From the IMG/VR virus record IMGVR_UViG_3300043444_000257, positions 1-64,000 of that record: a stretch of 64,000 bases of DNA. One strand, 5' to 3'. Below are positions 37,997 through 47,116 of the stretch, piece by piece; position 1 is the stretch's first letter; each line of letters opens with the position of its first letter. The DNA comes from a virus. A model generated the notes under the pieces. That model saw only the letters and a list, made by a program, of their open reading frames with translations. It searched no databases and was not told the DNA's origin. A program made the position numbers and the translations under genes.

Positions 37997-39703
37997 ATGA
38001 GTTGGAAAAAATACTTTACCCCTGTTAACGTAGAAAACAGCAAATCTTTAAGTCCGATCAGTGGACGAGGAAGACCGGGACCAGCACGAGCAAATTACAG
38101 CTCGTTCTTGCCTGATGTATATGCAGGAGCACCAAATCGTGTTGAACGTTATATGCAATACGATACCATGGATATGGACAGCGAAGTAAATGCTGCATTA
38201 GACATCCTTGCAGAATTCTGCACACAAAAAGACAAAGAGAATCTAACTCCGTTCCACGTAGCATTTCGCGGATCTCCTACTTCTACTGAAACTAAGATCA
38301 TCAAAGACAGTTTGCAAAAATGGTGCAAACAAAATCAGTTCGAAACTAGAATCTTCCGTATAGTTAGAAACGCATTCAAATACGGAGACTGTTTCTTTGT
38401 CAGAGATCCACAGACTAAGAAATGGTTGTTTGTCGATGCTGCTAAAGTATCTAAAATTATCGTAAACGAAAGTGAAGGTAAGATTCCTGAGCAGTATGTG
38501 TTAAAAGATATTAACTTTAATTTCAAAGACTTAATAGCAGTAACACCGCACGGAACAGCCAACACAGCTCCTAGCGGAACAAGCTCATATACCACCGGTG
38601 GAGGGTTTGGCCGAGGCATGGTTGGAGCAGCAGCCAATCCTCCAGGAACAAGATTTCAAAATGCTCAAAACGAAATAGCTGTTGATGCAAAAAATGTTAT
38701 ACATATTAGCCTAAGCGAAGGCCTAGACAACAACTATCCATTTGGTAATTCTTTACTAGAATCAGTTTTCAAAGTCTACAAGCAGAAAGAACTGCTCGAA
38801 GACGCTATCATTATCTATCGTATACAACGTGCTCCAGAAAGACGTATTTTCTATGTGGACGTTGGAAATATGCCAGCACACATGGCTATGAGCTTTGTTG
38901 AACGTGTTAAGAATGAAATCCAACAAAGACGCATTCCTTCAGCCACAGGTGGTGGAGCAAACGTCATAGACAGTAGCTATAATCCACTAAGTGTAAACGA
39001 AGATTACTTCTTCCCGCAGACTGCAGAAGGTCGTGGATCAAAAGTTGAAACACTGCCAGGAGGAACTAACCTAGGCGAAATCACAGACCTACGTTATTTT
39101 ACCAATAAATTGTTCCGTGCTCTGCGTATTCCTGCAAGCTACTTACCAACAGCGATCGATGAACAACCAAACACCATGGCCGATGGCAAAGTGGGAACAG
39201 CATACATCCAAGAATTAAGATTCAATGAATATTGTAAACGTCTACAATCTATGATCGTAGAAACATTTGATTTAGAATTTAAAATTTGGATGAACAGTCA
39301 AGGGGTTAATATTGATTCGGGTTTATTTGAACTTAAATTCAATCAGCCCCAGAACTTTGCTGCTTATCGCCAATCAGAACTTGACACAGCAAGAGCAGCA
39401 ACATTTACACAGGTAGTTCAAATTCCTCATCTAAGTAAACGTTTTGCTATGAAGCGTTTCTTAGGAATGACTGAAGAGGAAATCAAAGAAAACGAAAGAC
39501 TATGGAGAGAAGAGAACGGTTCTACTCTTAAACCAAAAACAGATTCTGCACAAGATATGAGATCTGTAGGAGTATCCCCAGGCGGACTAGCAGCAGATGC
39601 TGCTGGACAAGGAGCAGAAGCACCAGACGACATGGCCGCAGCAGCCGAACTTGGCGCAGAAGGCGGAGCTGAAGCAGCACCGGCTGAACCTCCTGCTCAA
39701 TAA
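37997..39703 (+). CDS. gp20: Portal vertex protein
   Basis: LEDAIIIYRIQRAPERRIFYVDVGNMP, EDYFFP...GRGSKVETLPGG.NLGEI.D..YF..KL.RAL.IP and ELRF are T4 gp20 signatures. Confidence 0.95.
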   Translation: MSWKKYFTPVNVENSKSLSPISGRGRPGPARANYSSFLPDVYAGAPNRVERYMQYDTMDMDSEVNAALDILAEFCTQKDKENLTPFHVAFRGSPTSTETKIIKDSLQKWCKQNQFETRIFRIVRNAFKYGDCFFVRDPQTKKWLFVDAAKVSKIIVNESEGKIPEQYVLKDINFNFKDLIAVTPHGTANTAPSGTSSYTTGGGFGRGMVGAAANPPGTRFQNAQNEIAVDAKNVIHISLSEGLDNNYPFGNSLLESVFKVYKQKELLEDAIIIYRIQRAPERRIFYVDVGNMPAHMAMSFVERVKNEIQQRRIPSATGGGANVIDSSYNPLSVNEDYFFPQTAEGRGSKVETLPGGTNLGEITDLRYFTNKLFRALRIPASYLPTAIDEQPNTMADGKVGTAYIQELRFNEYCKRLQSMIVETFDLEFKIWMNSQGVNIDSGLFELKFNQPQNFAAYRQSELDTARAATFTQVVQIPHLSKRFAMKRFLGMTEEEIKENERLWREENGSTLKPKTDSAQDMRSVGVSPGGLAADAAGQGAEAPDDMAAAAELGAEGGAEAAPAEPPAQ

Positions 39704-39713
39704 TAAATACATT

Positions 39714-39959
39714 ATGCTTCTTAACGAATTTTTCTATTTTAACGAAAAAAACAACGACTTTGCTAACGATCGTAGATACGATAACAGCAGAGATAGTTCT
39801 GTTTTAGAAAAAGACGATACCCGTAAAATTCGCCTAACTCTAAAGATGATAAATCAGATGAGACTACAGAGCGAAGCTCATATGGTCGAACAAGAATCTG
39901 AACTAAACTTTATTAGACAGATGTATGCAACACCAGCAGAAGCAGCACCAGCCCAATAA
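39714..39959 (+). CDS. Small hypothetical head-module protein (81 aa)
   Basis: Start moved to ATG 39714 (MLLNEFF), which lies 4 nt after AATAAATA (39702-39709) and does not overlap the portal gene. Confidence 0.6.
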   Translation: MLLNEFFYFNEKNNDFANDRRYDNSRDSSVLEKDDTRKIRLTLKMINQMRLQSEAHMVEQESELNFIRQMYATPAEAAPAQ

Positions 39960-40575
39960 CATCGCATTTGTAGTAGGAAACGGAATCAGCAGAAATTGTG
40001 TTGATGTTTCTAATCTCACATCTCTAGGCACAACTTACGGTTGCAATGCACAATACAGAGAATTTAACCCTCATTTTTTAGTAGCAGTTGACGTTAAAAT
40101 GGTCAACGAAATCATCGCATCAGGTTGGCACAAAGAGCATCAAGTATGGACTAATGCTAACAAAGGCATTACTTCTAAACACAATATTAATTTCTTTACT
40201 CCACATAAAGGTTGGAGCTCGGGTCCTACAGCATTATGGTTCGCAGCTACTAATGGGCATAAAGAAATCTATATACTAGGCTTTGACTATCAAGGCCTAA
40301 ATGGAAAGTTTAATAATGTATATGCAGATACATTCAATTATAAAAAATCCACCGATTCTGCAACCTTTTTTGGTAACTGGTTAAGTCAAACTGAAAAGGT
40401 AATTAAGGATTTTAAGCACACTAAGTTTATTAGAGTGATAGAGCCCGGTGGTTTTATACCAGATAAATTAGGACCCACTCTTCCTAATCTTACCCATATA
40501 ACTTATAAAGAATTTGGACAAAAATTCACAAACGCAGTTTATCTCGATCGTTTTGATCAAAAAACTACCATTTAA
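39925..40575 (+). CDS. DUF115/Maf-like, sialyltransferase-fold putative glycosyltransferase
   Basis: AFVVGNG.SR, GCNA.YR, LVAVD, SSGPTAL..A and IYILGFDY match the GNGPS...SSG...GFD pattern of this superfamily. Start uncertain. Confidence 0.55.
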   Translation: MQHQQKQHQPNNIAFVVGNGISRNCVDVSNLTSLGTTYGCNAQYREFNPHFLVAVDVKMVNEIIASGWHKEHQVWTNANKGITSKHNINFFTPHKGWSSGPTALWFAATNGHKEIYILGFDYQGLNGKFNNVYADTFNYKKSTDSATFFGNWLSQTEKVIKDFKHTKFIRVIEPGGFIPDKLGPTLPNLTHITYKEFGQKFTNAVYLDRFDQKTTI

Positions 40576-40595
40576 AGTCATTTTTTTATCTGCGT

Positions 40596-40603
40596 ATTAA
40601 ATA
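40596..40603 (+). promoter_or_regulatory. Late promoter core (ATTAAATA) for the scaffold/protease/capsid operon
   Basis: TAAATA core followed by AGGAG (40623-40627) and ATG 40635. Confidence 0.6.
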
Positions 40604-40634
40604 AAGCACAGCCTTGACAATTAGGAGAATAGCT

Positions 40635-41471
40635 ATGGCCGACAAAAATATTTTAGAACAGATGCTTGAGCATCTTGTTAACGACGAACAGCAAAAAGCT
40701 GAAGAATTATTCCACGAGTATGTAGTTGCTCGTTCACGTGAAATCTACGAAGGTCTAATCCAAGAAGATTTTGATCTAGAAGAAGAAGAAGACGAAGACG
40801 ACGAAGACAAAAAAGTCGATGAAGCTTCCGACGAAGACGAAGACGACGAAGACAAAAAAGTCGATGAAGAATTCGAAGATATCGCAATCGAAGGTGATGA
40901 CGAAATGGGCGATATGGGCGGAGATCCAACTGACGACCTAGAAGGTGAGTTAGACATGGGCGACGACGAAGGTGAAGAAGGTGAAAAGTCTGAAGAAGAA
41001 CTTTTCCAAGACCTAGACGCTATTGTAGACGAACTACAAGCTAAGTTTGATGAATTAAAAGGTGGCGATGAGCCAGACATGGGCGGCGACGAAGAAGAAA
41101 TGAAAGACGCAATGGATCCAGAATTAGCTACAGTTCGTGAATATGTAGAAAAAGTTCAAAAACCAGCAGCTGGCGATAACGGTGCTAATGCTAAATCGAT
41201 CGTAGCAGGTAAGAACGATATGGGCGGTTCTGCTAAGAACATCGCTCAAGGCACAACAGCAAACGACGGCGAAGTTGGTGCAGGCAGCAAAATTAAAGGT
41301 TCTGCTCTAAACGATCAGAATCCAAAAGAAGATAATGCTGGTAACATCAATGTTCCAGGCGGCAAAGCAGGTAATGCTTTTAGCAAGAAAGAGCCCGGAC
41401 ATGGTGCTGAGAAAGCTGGTGCAAAAGAATCAGCTGACAACAAGCAAAGCCTTTTCCGTGGTCGTAGATAA
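40635..41471 (+). CDS. Acidic prohead core protein (gp67/gp68-like position)
   Basis: Extremely Asp/Glu-rich; directly before the prohead protease; start at ATG 40635 (MADKN) with AGGAG. Confidence 0.65.
   Translation: MADKNILEQMLEHLVNDEQQKAEELFHEYVVARSREIYEGLIQEDFDLEEEEDEDDEDKKVDEASDEDEDDEDKKVDEEFEDIAIEGDDEMGDMGGDPTDDLEGELDMGDDEGEEGEKSEEELFQDLDAIVDELQAKFDELKGGDEPDMGGDEEEMKDAMDPELATVREYVEKVQKPAAGDNGANAKSIVAGKNDMGGSAKNIAQGTTANDGEVGAGSKIKGSALNDQNPKEDNAGNINVPGGKAGNAFSKKEPGHGAEKAGAKESADNKQSLFRGRR
40788..40869 (+). repeat. 37-bp direct repeat, two copies, 45-bp period, in frame
   Basis: GAAGACGAAGACGACGAAGACAAAAAAGTCGATGAAG at 40788-40824 and 40833-40869 (EDEDDEDKKVDE twice). Confidence 0.85.
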
Positions 41472-41483
41472 TAGGACGACGAC

Positions 41484-42110
41484 GTGAAACATACCCTATC
41501 AGAACATTTGAGTTTTGACCAGGCTAAGATTGTCTTGGAGCGAGATGAGAGCGACGGCAAAAAGTCGTTGCACTTAAACGGGATTTGCATCCAAGGAGAC
41601 ATCCGCAATGCAAATCAACGTGTTTATTCTTCTCAAGAAATTGGCAGGGCTGTCAAGACGCTCAACGAACAGATCTCTGGCGGATACTCAGTTCTTGGGG
41701 AAGTTGATCACCCGCAGGATTTGAAAATCAATCTAGATCGTGTTAGTCATATGATTACCAAGATGTGGATGGACGGTCCTAACGGCTACGGAAAACTTAA
41801 AATCCTCCCTACTCCAATGGGTCAACTAGTTCAGACCATGTTAGAGTCGGGAGTTAAGTTGGGTGTTAGTAGTAGAGGTTCCGGCGAAGTAGATGGAAAT
41901 GGTAATGTCAATGGTTTTGAAATTATCACAGTCGACGTAGTAGCCCAACCATCTGCCCCGGGGGCATACCCAACTCCAGTTTATGAACACTTGATGAACA
42001 ACACAGGTGGCTATCAGGCATTCAGAATAGCACAAGAAGTCAAAGGCGATCCACAGGCACAAAAATACCTAGCAGAGTCCTTAAAGAGAATCATCTCAGG
42101 ACTCAAATAA
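41484..42110 (+). CDS. gp21: Prohead core protease
   Basis: N.N.RVY, GEVDHP, VSHMI, TPMG, GVSSRGSG and DVVAQPSAP.A are T4 gp21 motifs. Confidence 0.95.
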   Translation: MKHTLSEHLSFDQAKIVLERDESDGKKSLHLNGICIQGDIRNANQRVYSSQEIGRAVKTLNEQISGGYSVLGEVDHPQDLKINLDRVSHMITKMWMDGPNGYGKLKILPTPMGQLVQTMLESGVKLGVSSRGSGEVDGNGNVNGFEIITVDVVAQPSAPGAYPTPVYEHLMNNTGGYQAFRIAQEVKGDPQAQKYLAESLKRIISGLK

Positions 42111-42124
42111 CGAAGGAGAATCAC

Positions 42125-43219
42125 ATGCTAGACATCGTAAAACAATTGTTCGAGAACAATGTGATTTCCGAGGAAATTAAATCGGAGATTGAATCTGCTT
42201 GGGAAGGCAGAATTCAAGAAAACCGTGATCAAGTAACAGCTGAACTCCGTGAGGAGTTTGCTCAGAAATATGAGCATGACAAGACTGCAATGGTGGAAGC
42301 CGTTGAAGCCATGTTAGCAGATCGTCTACAAGCAGAGCTAGGCGAATTAGCAGAAGACCGTCAAGGTTTAATTGAAGCTAGAGCCAAGTATGCTAAGAAA
42401 ATGAAAGATGATTCCAAAGCAATGGAATCATTTGTCTTGAATAACCTTAAGAAAGAACTAGCAGAATTACATGAAGACCGCAAGAAAGTTGCATCTAATG
42501 TAGCTAAACTAGAATCATTCATAGTGGATGCACTAGCGAAAGAAATCGCAGAATTCCACAGTGATAAGAAAGACCTAGCTGAAACCAAAGTTAAATTGGT
42601 TCGCGAAAGCAAAGCTAAGTTTGAACAGGTTAAGAAAGAATTCATTGCTCGTTCAGCACAGTTAGTTTCAGAATCAATCTCTAAAGGATTGAAAGCTGAA
42701 ATGACACAGCTACGCGAAGACATCGAAACTGCTCGTAAGAACGACTTTGGTCGCAGAATTTTTGAAAGCTTCGCAAGCGAGTATGCAGCATCTCATTTAA
42801 ATGAGAAATCTGAAACAGCTAAACTTCTACAAGTTGTTGCGACGAAAGAAGCAGAACTAGAAGAAGCAGCTAAGATTGTTGCAGAATCACAAAAACTAGT
42901 AGAAAGCAGAGAACAAGAATTACGCATCGCACGTGACCAAGCGACCCGCAAAGATTTAATGAGCGAGTTGTTAGGCCCATTAGGTGGCGACAAGCGTAGT
43001 GTTATGAGTGATTTACTAGAATCAGTTCAAACTGAAAAATTAAGATCAGCTTTCGACAAGTATCTACCAGCCGTAATGGATGGTGGAATACCGGCGAAGA
43101 AAGCATTGACAGAAGGCAAAGAAATTACAGGCGATAAGCAGGCACAACCATCAAGCGGTCAAGAAGAGAAGACCGCTGAAATATTTGACATCCGCAGGCT
43201 TGCGGGACTTAAAGTTTAA
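42125..43219 (+). CDS. gp22: Prohead core scaffold protein
   Basis: Coiled-coil, Glu/Lys/Ala-rich, GRRIFESF motif; located between gp21 and gp23. Confidence 0.85.
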   Translation: MLDIVKQLFENNVISEEIKSEIESAWEGRIQENRDQVTAELREEFAQKYEHDKTAMVEAVEAMLADRLQAELGELAEDRQGLIEARAKYAKKMKDDSKAMESFVLNNLKKELAELHEDRKKVASNVAKLESFIVDALAKEIAEFHSDKKDLAETKVKLVRESKAKFEQVKKEFIARSAQLVSESISKGLKAEMTQLREDIETARKNDFGRRIFESFASEYAASHLNEKSETAKLLQVVATKEAELEEAAKIVAESQKLVESREQELRIARDQATRKDLMSELLGPLGGDKRSVMSDLLESVQTEKLRSAFDKYLPAVMDGGIPAKKALTEGKEITGDKQAQPSSGQEEKTAEIFDIRRLAGLKV

Positions 43220-43230
43220 GGAGAACTATA

Positions 43231-44412
43231 ATGTCACAATTACTCGAGTCACGCTGGTCGGAAACTAAAGAGGCTCTTTTAGAAGGCCTACAAGGTAACA
43301 AGCGTTCAGTAATGGCAGCTACTCTAGAAAATACCCGCAAGTATTTGTCAGAGAGTGCTACTGCTGGTGCTACTTCCGCCGGTAACGTTGCAACACTAAA
43401 TCGTGTGATCCTACCAGTGATCAGACGTGTCATGCCAACCGTTATTGCTAACGAGTTGGTCGGCGTTCAGCCAATGACAGGACCAGTTGGTCAGATCCAT
43501 ACTCTACGTGTTCGCTATGCAGATAGCTTTACAGGTAGCGCAGGTGGTTCTACTACAGCTGGAGAAGAGGCACTAAGCCCATTCAAGATTGCTGAAGGCT
43601 ATTCTGGTAACACTAACGGCAAGGCAGATGCTACAGCCGCTAAAGAAGGTGTTGCTGGTAACAGACTAAGCATTCAAATCTTGAAACAAACAGTCGAAGC
43701 TAAGACACGTAAGTTGTCAGCTCGCTGGACGTTTGAAGCTGCTCAAGATGCACAAGCCCAACAAGGTATTGACATCGAAGCAGAAATCATGGCTGCTTTA
43801 GCTCAAGAAATCACAGCAGAAATCGATCAAGAAGTTCTATCTTCATTGACAACTCTAGCTGGCACACAAAACAACCTTGCTTATGACCAGGCAGCAGTTT
43901 CTGGCACAGCAACATTTGTTGGTGACGAACACGCTGCTCTAGCTGTTGCTATCAATCGCGTAAGCAACAGAATCGCTCAGCGCACACGTCGCGGTGCAGG
44001 TAACTGGGCTGTGGTATCCCCACAAGCTCTAACAATCCTTCAAAGTGCTACAACTTCTGCGTTCGCAAGAACAACAGAAGGCACATTCGAAGCTCCAACA
44101 AACACCAAGTTCGTTGGAACATTGAACGGCGCAATGAAGATCTACGTTAACACATTTGCTACAGAAACTTCTGGCAGCGACAAAGTGTTGATTGGTTACA
44201 AAGGTTCTAGCGAATCTGACGCAGCAGCATTCTACTGCCCATACATTCCATTGATGAGCAGCGGTGTTGTTCTAGATCCTAGCACATTTGAGCCAGTAGT
44301 TAGCTTTATGACACGTTACGGATATGTTGAGTTGACAAACACAGCATCATCTCTAGGTAACGCTGCTGACTACCTAGGAACAGTTACTATCAGTAACGCA
44401 ACATTCGTTTAA
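43231..44412 (+). CDS. gp23: Major capsid protein
   Basis: RRVMP..IA.ELVGVQPMTGP.GQI, KQTVEAKTRKL.ARWT.E.AQD, EI.AEID.E, YKG....DA..FYCPYIPL, F.P...FMTRYG. Confidence 0.96.
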   Translation: MSQLLESRWSETKEALLEGLQGNKRSVMAATLENTRKYLSESATAGATSAGNVATLNRVILPVIRRVMPTVIANELVGVQPMTGPVGQIHTLRVRYADSFTGSAGGSTTAGEEALSPFKIAEGYSGNTNGKADATAAKEGVAGNRLSIQILKQTVEAKTRKLSARWTFEAAQDAQAQQGIDIEAEIMAALAQEITAEIDQEVLSSLTTLAGTQNNLAYDQAAVSGTATFVGDEHAALAVAINRVSNRIAQRTRRGAGNWAVVSPQALTILQSATTSAFARTTEGTFEAPTNTKFVGTLNGAMKIYVNTFATETSGSDKVLIGYKGSSESDAAAFYCPYIPLMSSGVVLDPSTFEPVVSFMTRYGYVELTNTASSLGNAADYLGTVTISNATFV

Positions 44413-44431
44413 TCCTAGGAAAAACGAAATC

Positions 44432-44455
44432 AAAAAGGACCTTCGGGTCCTTTTT
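44432..44455 (+). terminator. Rho-independent terminator with C(UUCG)G loop after gp23
   Basis: AAAAAGGACC-TTCG-GGTCCTTTTT. Confidence 0.9.
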
Positions 44456-44474
44456 GTTTGGCTTAAATATCTAC

Positions 44475-44744
44475 ATGCACGTAGAAAGTGACAACGACTT
44501 CCTAGAACTAAGACGTCAATTAAGGGCGTGGCGTAAACGTTTTCCGATGTTCAACCATGACATAAATCAAATAGAGCACATCGTAGAACAGCACATACAA
44601 AATTTTGCCATAGCAGGTGTGCATTATAGACAAACTAAAAGTAAAAAATATTTAGAAATAGCGCAGAAAGAATTAGACGAAATCAATAGGGTATTGTCTA
44701 TAGTAGAAAAATTAGAACTAATGGCTATGCTAAGTCAAGCATAA
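44475..44744 (+). CDS. Hypothetical protein (89 aa)
   Basis: Start moved to ATG 44475 (MHVESD), 5 nt after TAAATA (44464-44469). Confidence 0.6.
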   Translation: MHVESDNDFLELRRQLRAWRKRFPMFNHDINQIEHIVEQHIQNFAIAGVHYRQTKSKKYLEIAQKELDEINRVLSIVEKLELMAMLSQA

Positions 44745-44813
44745 ATAAAGTATCTAGAAGATTGTGTGGATGCCACCATGCAGACCTAGAACGTCACTCA
44801 AAGGAGAAATCAA

Positions 44814-45194
44814 ATGGCGAATAAATTACCAAAAAGACTGTTTGGCGCAACAGGCACAGCAGCAACACCTCATATCCCAGTAAGATTTAAATCAGGCGGC
44901 ACAGTCTACGAAGGTTATATTGTTAATCAAGTAGGTGCTCGTAGATTTAAGTGCAGCACAGACGACGGCACCACAGCAGTCCAAGTATGTAAAATAGTTC
45001 AAGGAACTAACATGGATCCAGCAAACGATGGAGAAATGACCATTGTTGGCCTACTAAATGGATCACCTGTAGCTCTAAACAAATTAAATTTTAGAACAGC
45101 AGCTGATTTTTCTAGCAATAGATATAAGTGGTCTTTAAGCGACGACTCAACAGAAACTCTAATAATACTAACAGCGTTTAATCCATCAGTATAA
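44814..45194 (+). CDS. Hypothetical virion structural protein
   Basis: 126 aa; CATAAATA at 44740-44747 and an AAGGAG ribosome-binding site upstream. Confidence 0.6.
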   Translation: MANKLPKRLFGATGTAATPHIPVRFKSGGTVYEGYIVNQVGARRFKCSTDDGTTAVQVCKIVQGTNMDPANDGEMTIVGLLNGSPVALNKLNFRTAADFSSNRYKWSLSDDSTETLIILTAFNPSV

Positions 45195-45203
45195 TATAAA
45201 TTT

Positions 45204-46190
45204 ATGGGACAGTTTATTCAAACCAACGGCGACTACACCATTAAAACTGGTGAAGGCGGCCAACTTAAATTAGATACAGGTGCTGGCGTAGGCCAAGTCT
45301 ATATCACCGGCGACCTTGTAGTCGTTGGTCAACAATTAACTGTCCAAGCAACGGATTTAAACGTTGAAGATAATATTATTATTCTCAACTATGGAGAAAC
45401 AGGGTCCGGAGTAACACTACGTTATTCCGGTATCCAAGTTGATAGAGGCAGTGCATCAGCTGCTTCGATCGTCTATGATGAAACTACAGATACTTGGTTA
45501 ATAGGTCAGGGCACAGCGACCAGCGGTGCATTAAACTATTCAAATAGTAAAATTAAATTAAAAGAAATTTTAACAGATTCGTCTACCGACGGCGGTGACT
45601 TATTATTACTAGGGTCTGACAGCAGCAGCGGAGCTGTAAAGGTTAGAACAGAAGGTGGTGATGGCACAGAGTATCAGGCAAATGTAACTGATCCTAACCA
45701 TATACCAAATAAGAAATATGTAGACGAAGCGATTCGTAATAATCCTACATTCCAAATTATCGACGATAACACTCGTGTTATTGTCACAGACAAAGATGTT
45801 ACAGGTTCTCTAGCTTATCTTTCTGCACAGACAGGATACAGCACATTTGGAGAAAGTGGTATTTCTGTGATAGTTGACGGAACATTGACTACGCAATTTT
45901 ATAAAAATCGTGCCTATATACAGAATTTAGAATTTATTGGTAACGAAATTACCAATAACGATACCAACGGAAACATTAGCATAAGAACACAAGGAACAGG
46001 TAAACTTCAAACTAACTACGCACTACAGTTTGATAACATAGGCACAGTTCCTGCATATGTTTCAGATGCTACACTAGTGTATGGTGCTCAGCCTAGTGTC
46101 GGTTCAACAGGTTTATATTTTGTTAACTCTACCCGCAACGGAGAGCTAATTAATAAGAATAGAGCATTATTATTCAGCATGATATTTTAA
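45204..46190 (+). CDS. Virion structural (fibre/collar-associated) protein
   Basis: 328 aa beta-rich; V.DNII.LN.GE.G.GVT...SGI.VDRG motif is common in T4-like fibre proteins. Confidence 0.6.
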   Translation: MGQFIQTNGDYTIKTGEGGQLKLDTGAGVGQVYITGDLVVVGQQLTVQATDLNVEDNIIILNYGETGSGVTLRYSGIQVDRGSASAASIVYDETTDTWLIGQGTATSGALNYSNSKIKLKEILTDSSTDGGDLLLLGSDSSSGAVKVRTEGGDGTEYQANVTDPNHIPNKKYVDEAIRNNPTFQIIDDNTRVIVTDKDVTGSLAYLSAQTGYSTFGESGISVIVDGTLTTQFYKNRAYIQNLEFIGNEITNNDTNGNISIRTQGTGKLQTNYALQFDNIGTVPAYVSDATLVYGAQPSVGSTGLYFVNSTRNGELINKNRALLFSMIF

Positions 46191-46199
46191 GAGACGGAT

Positions 46200-46577
46200 A
46201 TGATAAACAGCACATTAGTTACATCAACATCAGTGACAGTTCCAGTGAAAGTATTCACAAGCTCAACCACAGGAGCAGCCATTGGCGGTGCTGTTACAGC
46301 TCAAGATAGAGCAATCACTACTATGATTCTTTGCAATACCGGAGCTCCTAACCTTACAGACGAAACAATTAACACAGTCAGCGTTAATGTTTATCTAGTT
46401 AAATCTGGATCGAGCTACGGAACAAATAATTTAATTGTTAGTAGTTTGATAGTTCCGGCAGGCGAAACAGTATTCTTTTCAGATGAAAAAATCATATTAG
46501 ATGGCGGCGATGAAGTTTGGATTGGAACATCTGTAGGTAGTTTATTATCAGTAACGGTTAGCACATTACCAGTATGA
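46200..46577 (+). CDS. Small virion structural protein; paralog of 50541..50873
   Basis: AITTMILCN...V.VY.V...IVPAGET....EKIIL..GD pattern shared with 50541..50873. Confidence 0.6.
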   Translation: MINSTLVTSTSVTVPVKVFTSSTTGAAIGGAVTAQDRAITTMILCNTGAPNLTDETINTVSVNVYLVKSGSSYGTNNLIVSSLIVPAGETVFFSDEKIILDGGDEVWIGTSVGSLLSVTVSTLPV

Positions 46578-47074
46578 AATTTCTTAAACAAAAAACTATT
46601 TCTCGTTATAGCCCTAGTGACAATGCTCTGTTCACTAATCACTACGGCCGTGCTGTGATGGACCTAACAGGCGGACTAAGACTGCCTAAAGGAACAACTG
46701 CTGAGAGGCCAGATCTATCCGGAGTAAGAACACCTAATGGCCCGAACGGATATATCCGTTATAACACAGATAATAATACCATCGAAGGCTATGTTGCTGG
46801 TGTATGGGAAATCGTTACAGCTCCCGGATCGACTGGTATTACTAAGCAAACATTAGGACCGGGCAACGATACAGATACGATCTTTGGTCCGTTAACATTG
46901 ATTCCTGCTTCCGAAAACAGTATCTTAGTATTTGTAGAAAACGTATTTCAGATATCAGATACTAACTTCAACCTTCTTTACAATTATCTAGGATCGGGTA
47001 ATACCTACATAGAGTTTACCAGCGCAGTTCCTCTAGACAAATATATCACTATCTACTTCGGCTTCACAACATAA
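46574..47074 (+). CDS. Virion structural protein
   Basis: LPKGTTAERP...IRYNT...EGY..G.W fibre motif, and VFVENVFQI. Confidence 0.6.
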   Translation: MKFLKQKTISRYSPSDNALFTNHYGRAVMDLTGGLRLPKGTTAERPDLSGVRTPNGPNGYIRYNTDNNTIEGYVAGVWEIVTAPGSTGITKQTLGPGNDTDTIFGPLTLIPASENSILVFVENVFQISDTNFNLLYNYLGSGNTYIEFTSAVPLDKYITIYFGFTT

Positions 47075-47084
47075 CGAAGTTTTG

Positions 47085-47116
47085 GGTAAATATACGTATC
47101 ATAACGGAGATACGTA
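47085..47116 (+). promoter_or_regulatory. Late promoter core (GGTAAATA) plus hairpin over the ribosome-binding site
   Basis: GGTAAATA 47085-47092; TACGTATC 47093-47100 pairs with GATACGTA 47109-47116; GGAG 47106-47109; ATG 47117. Confidence 0.6.
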
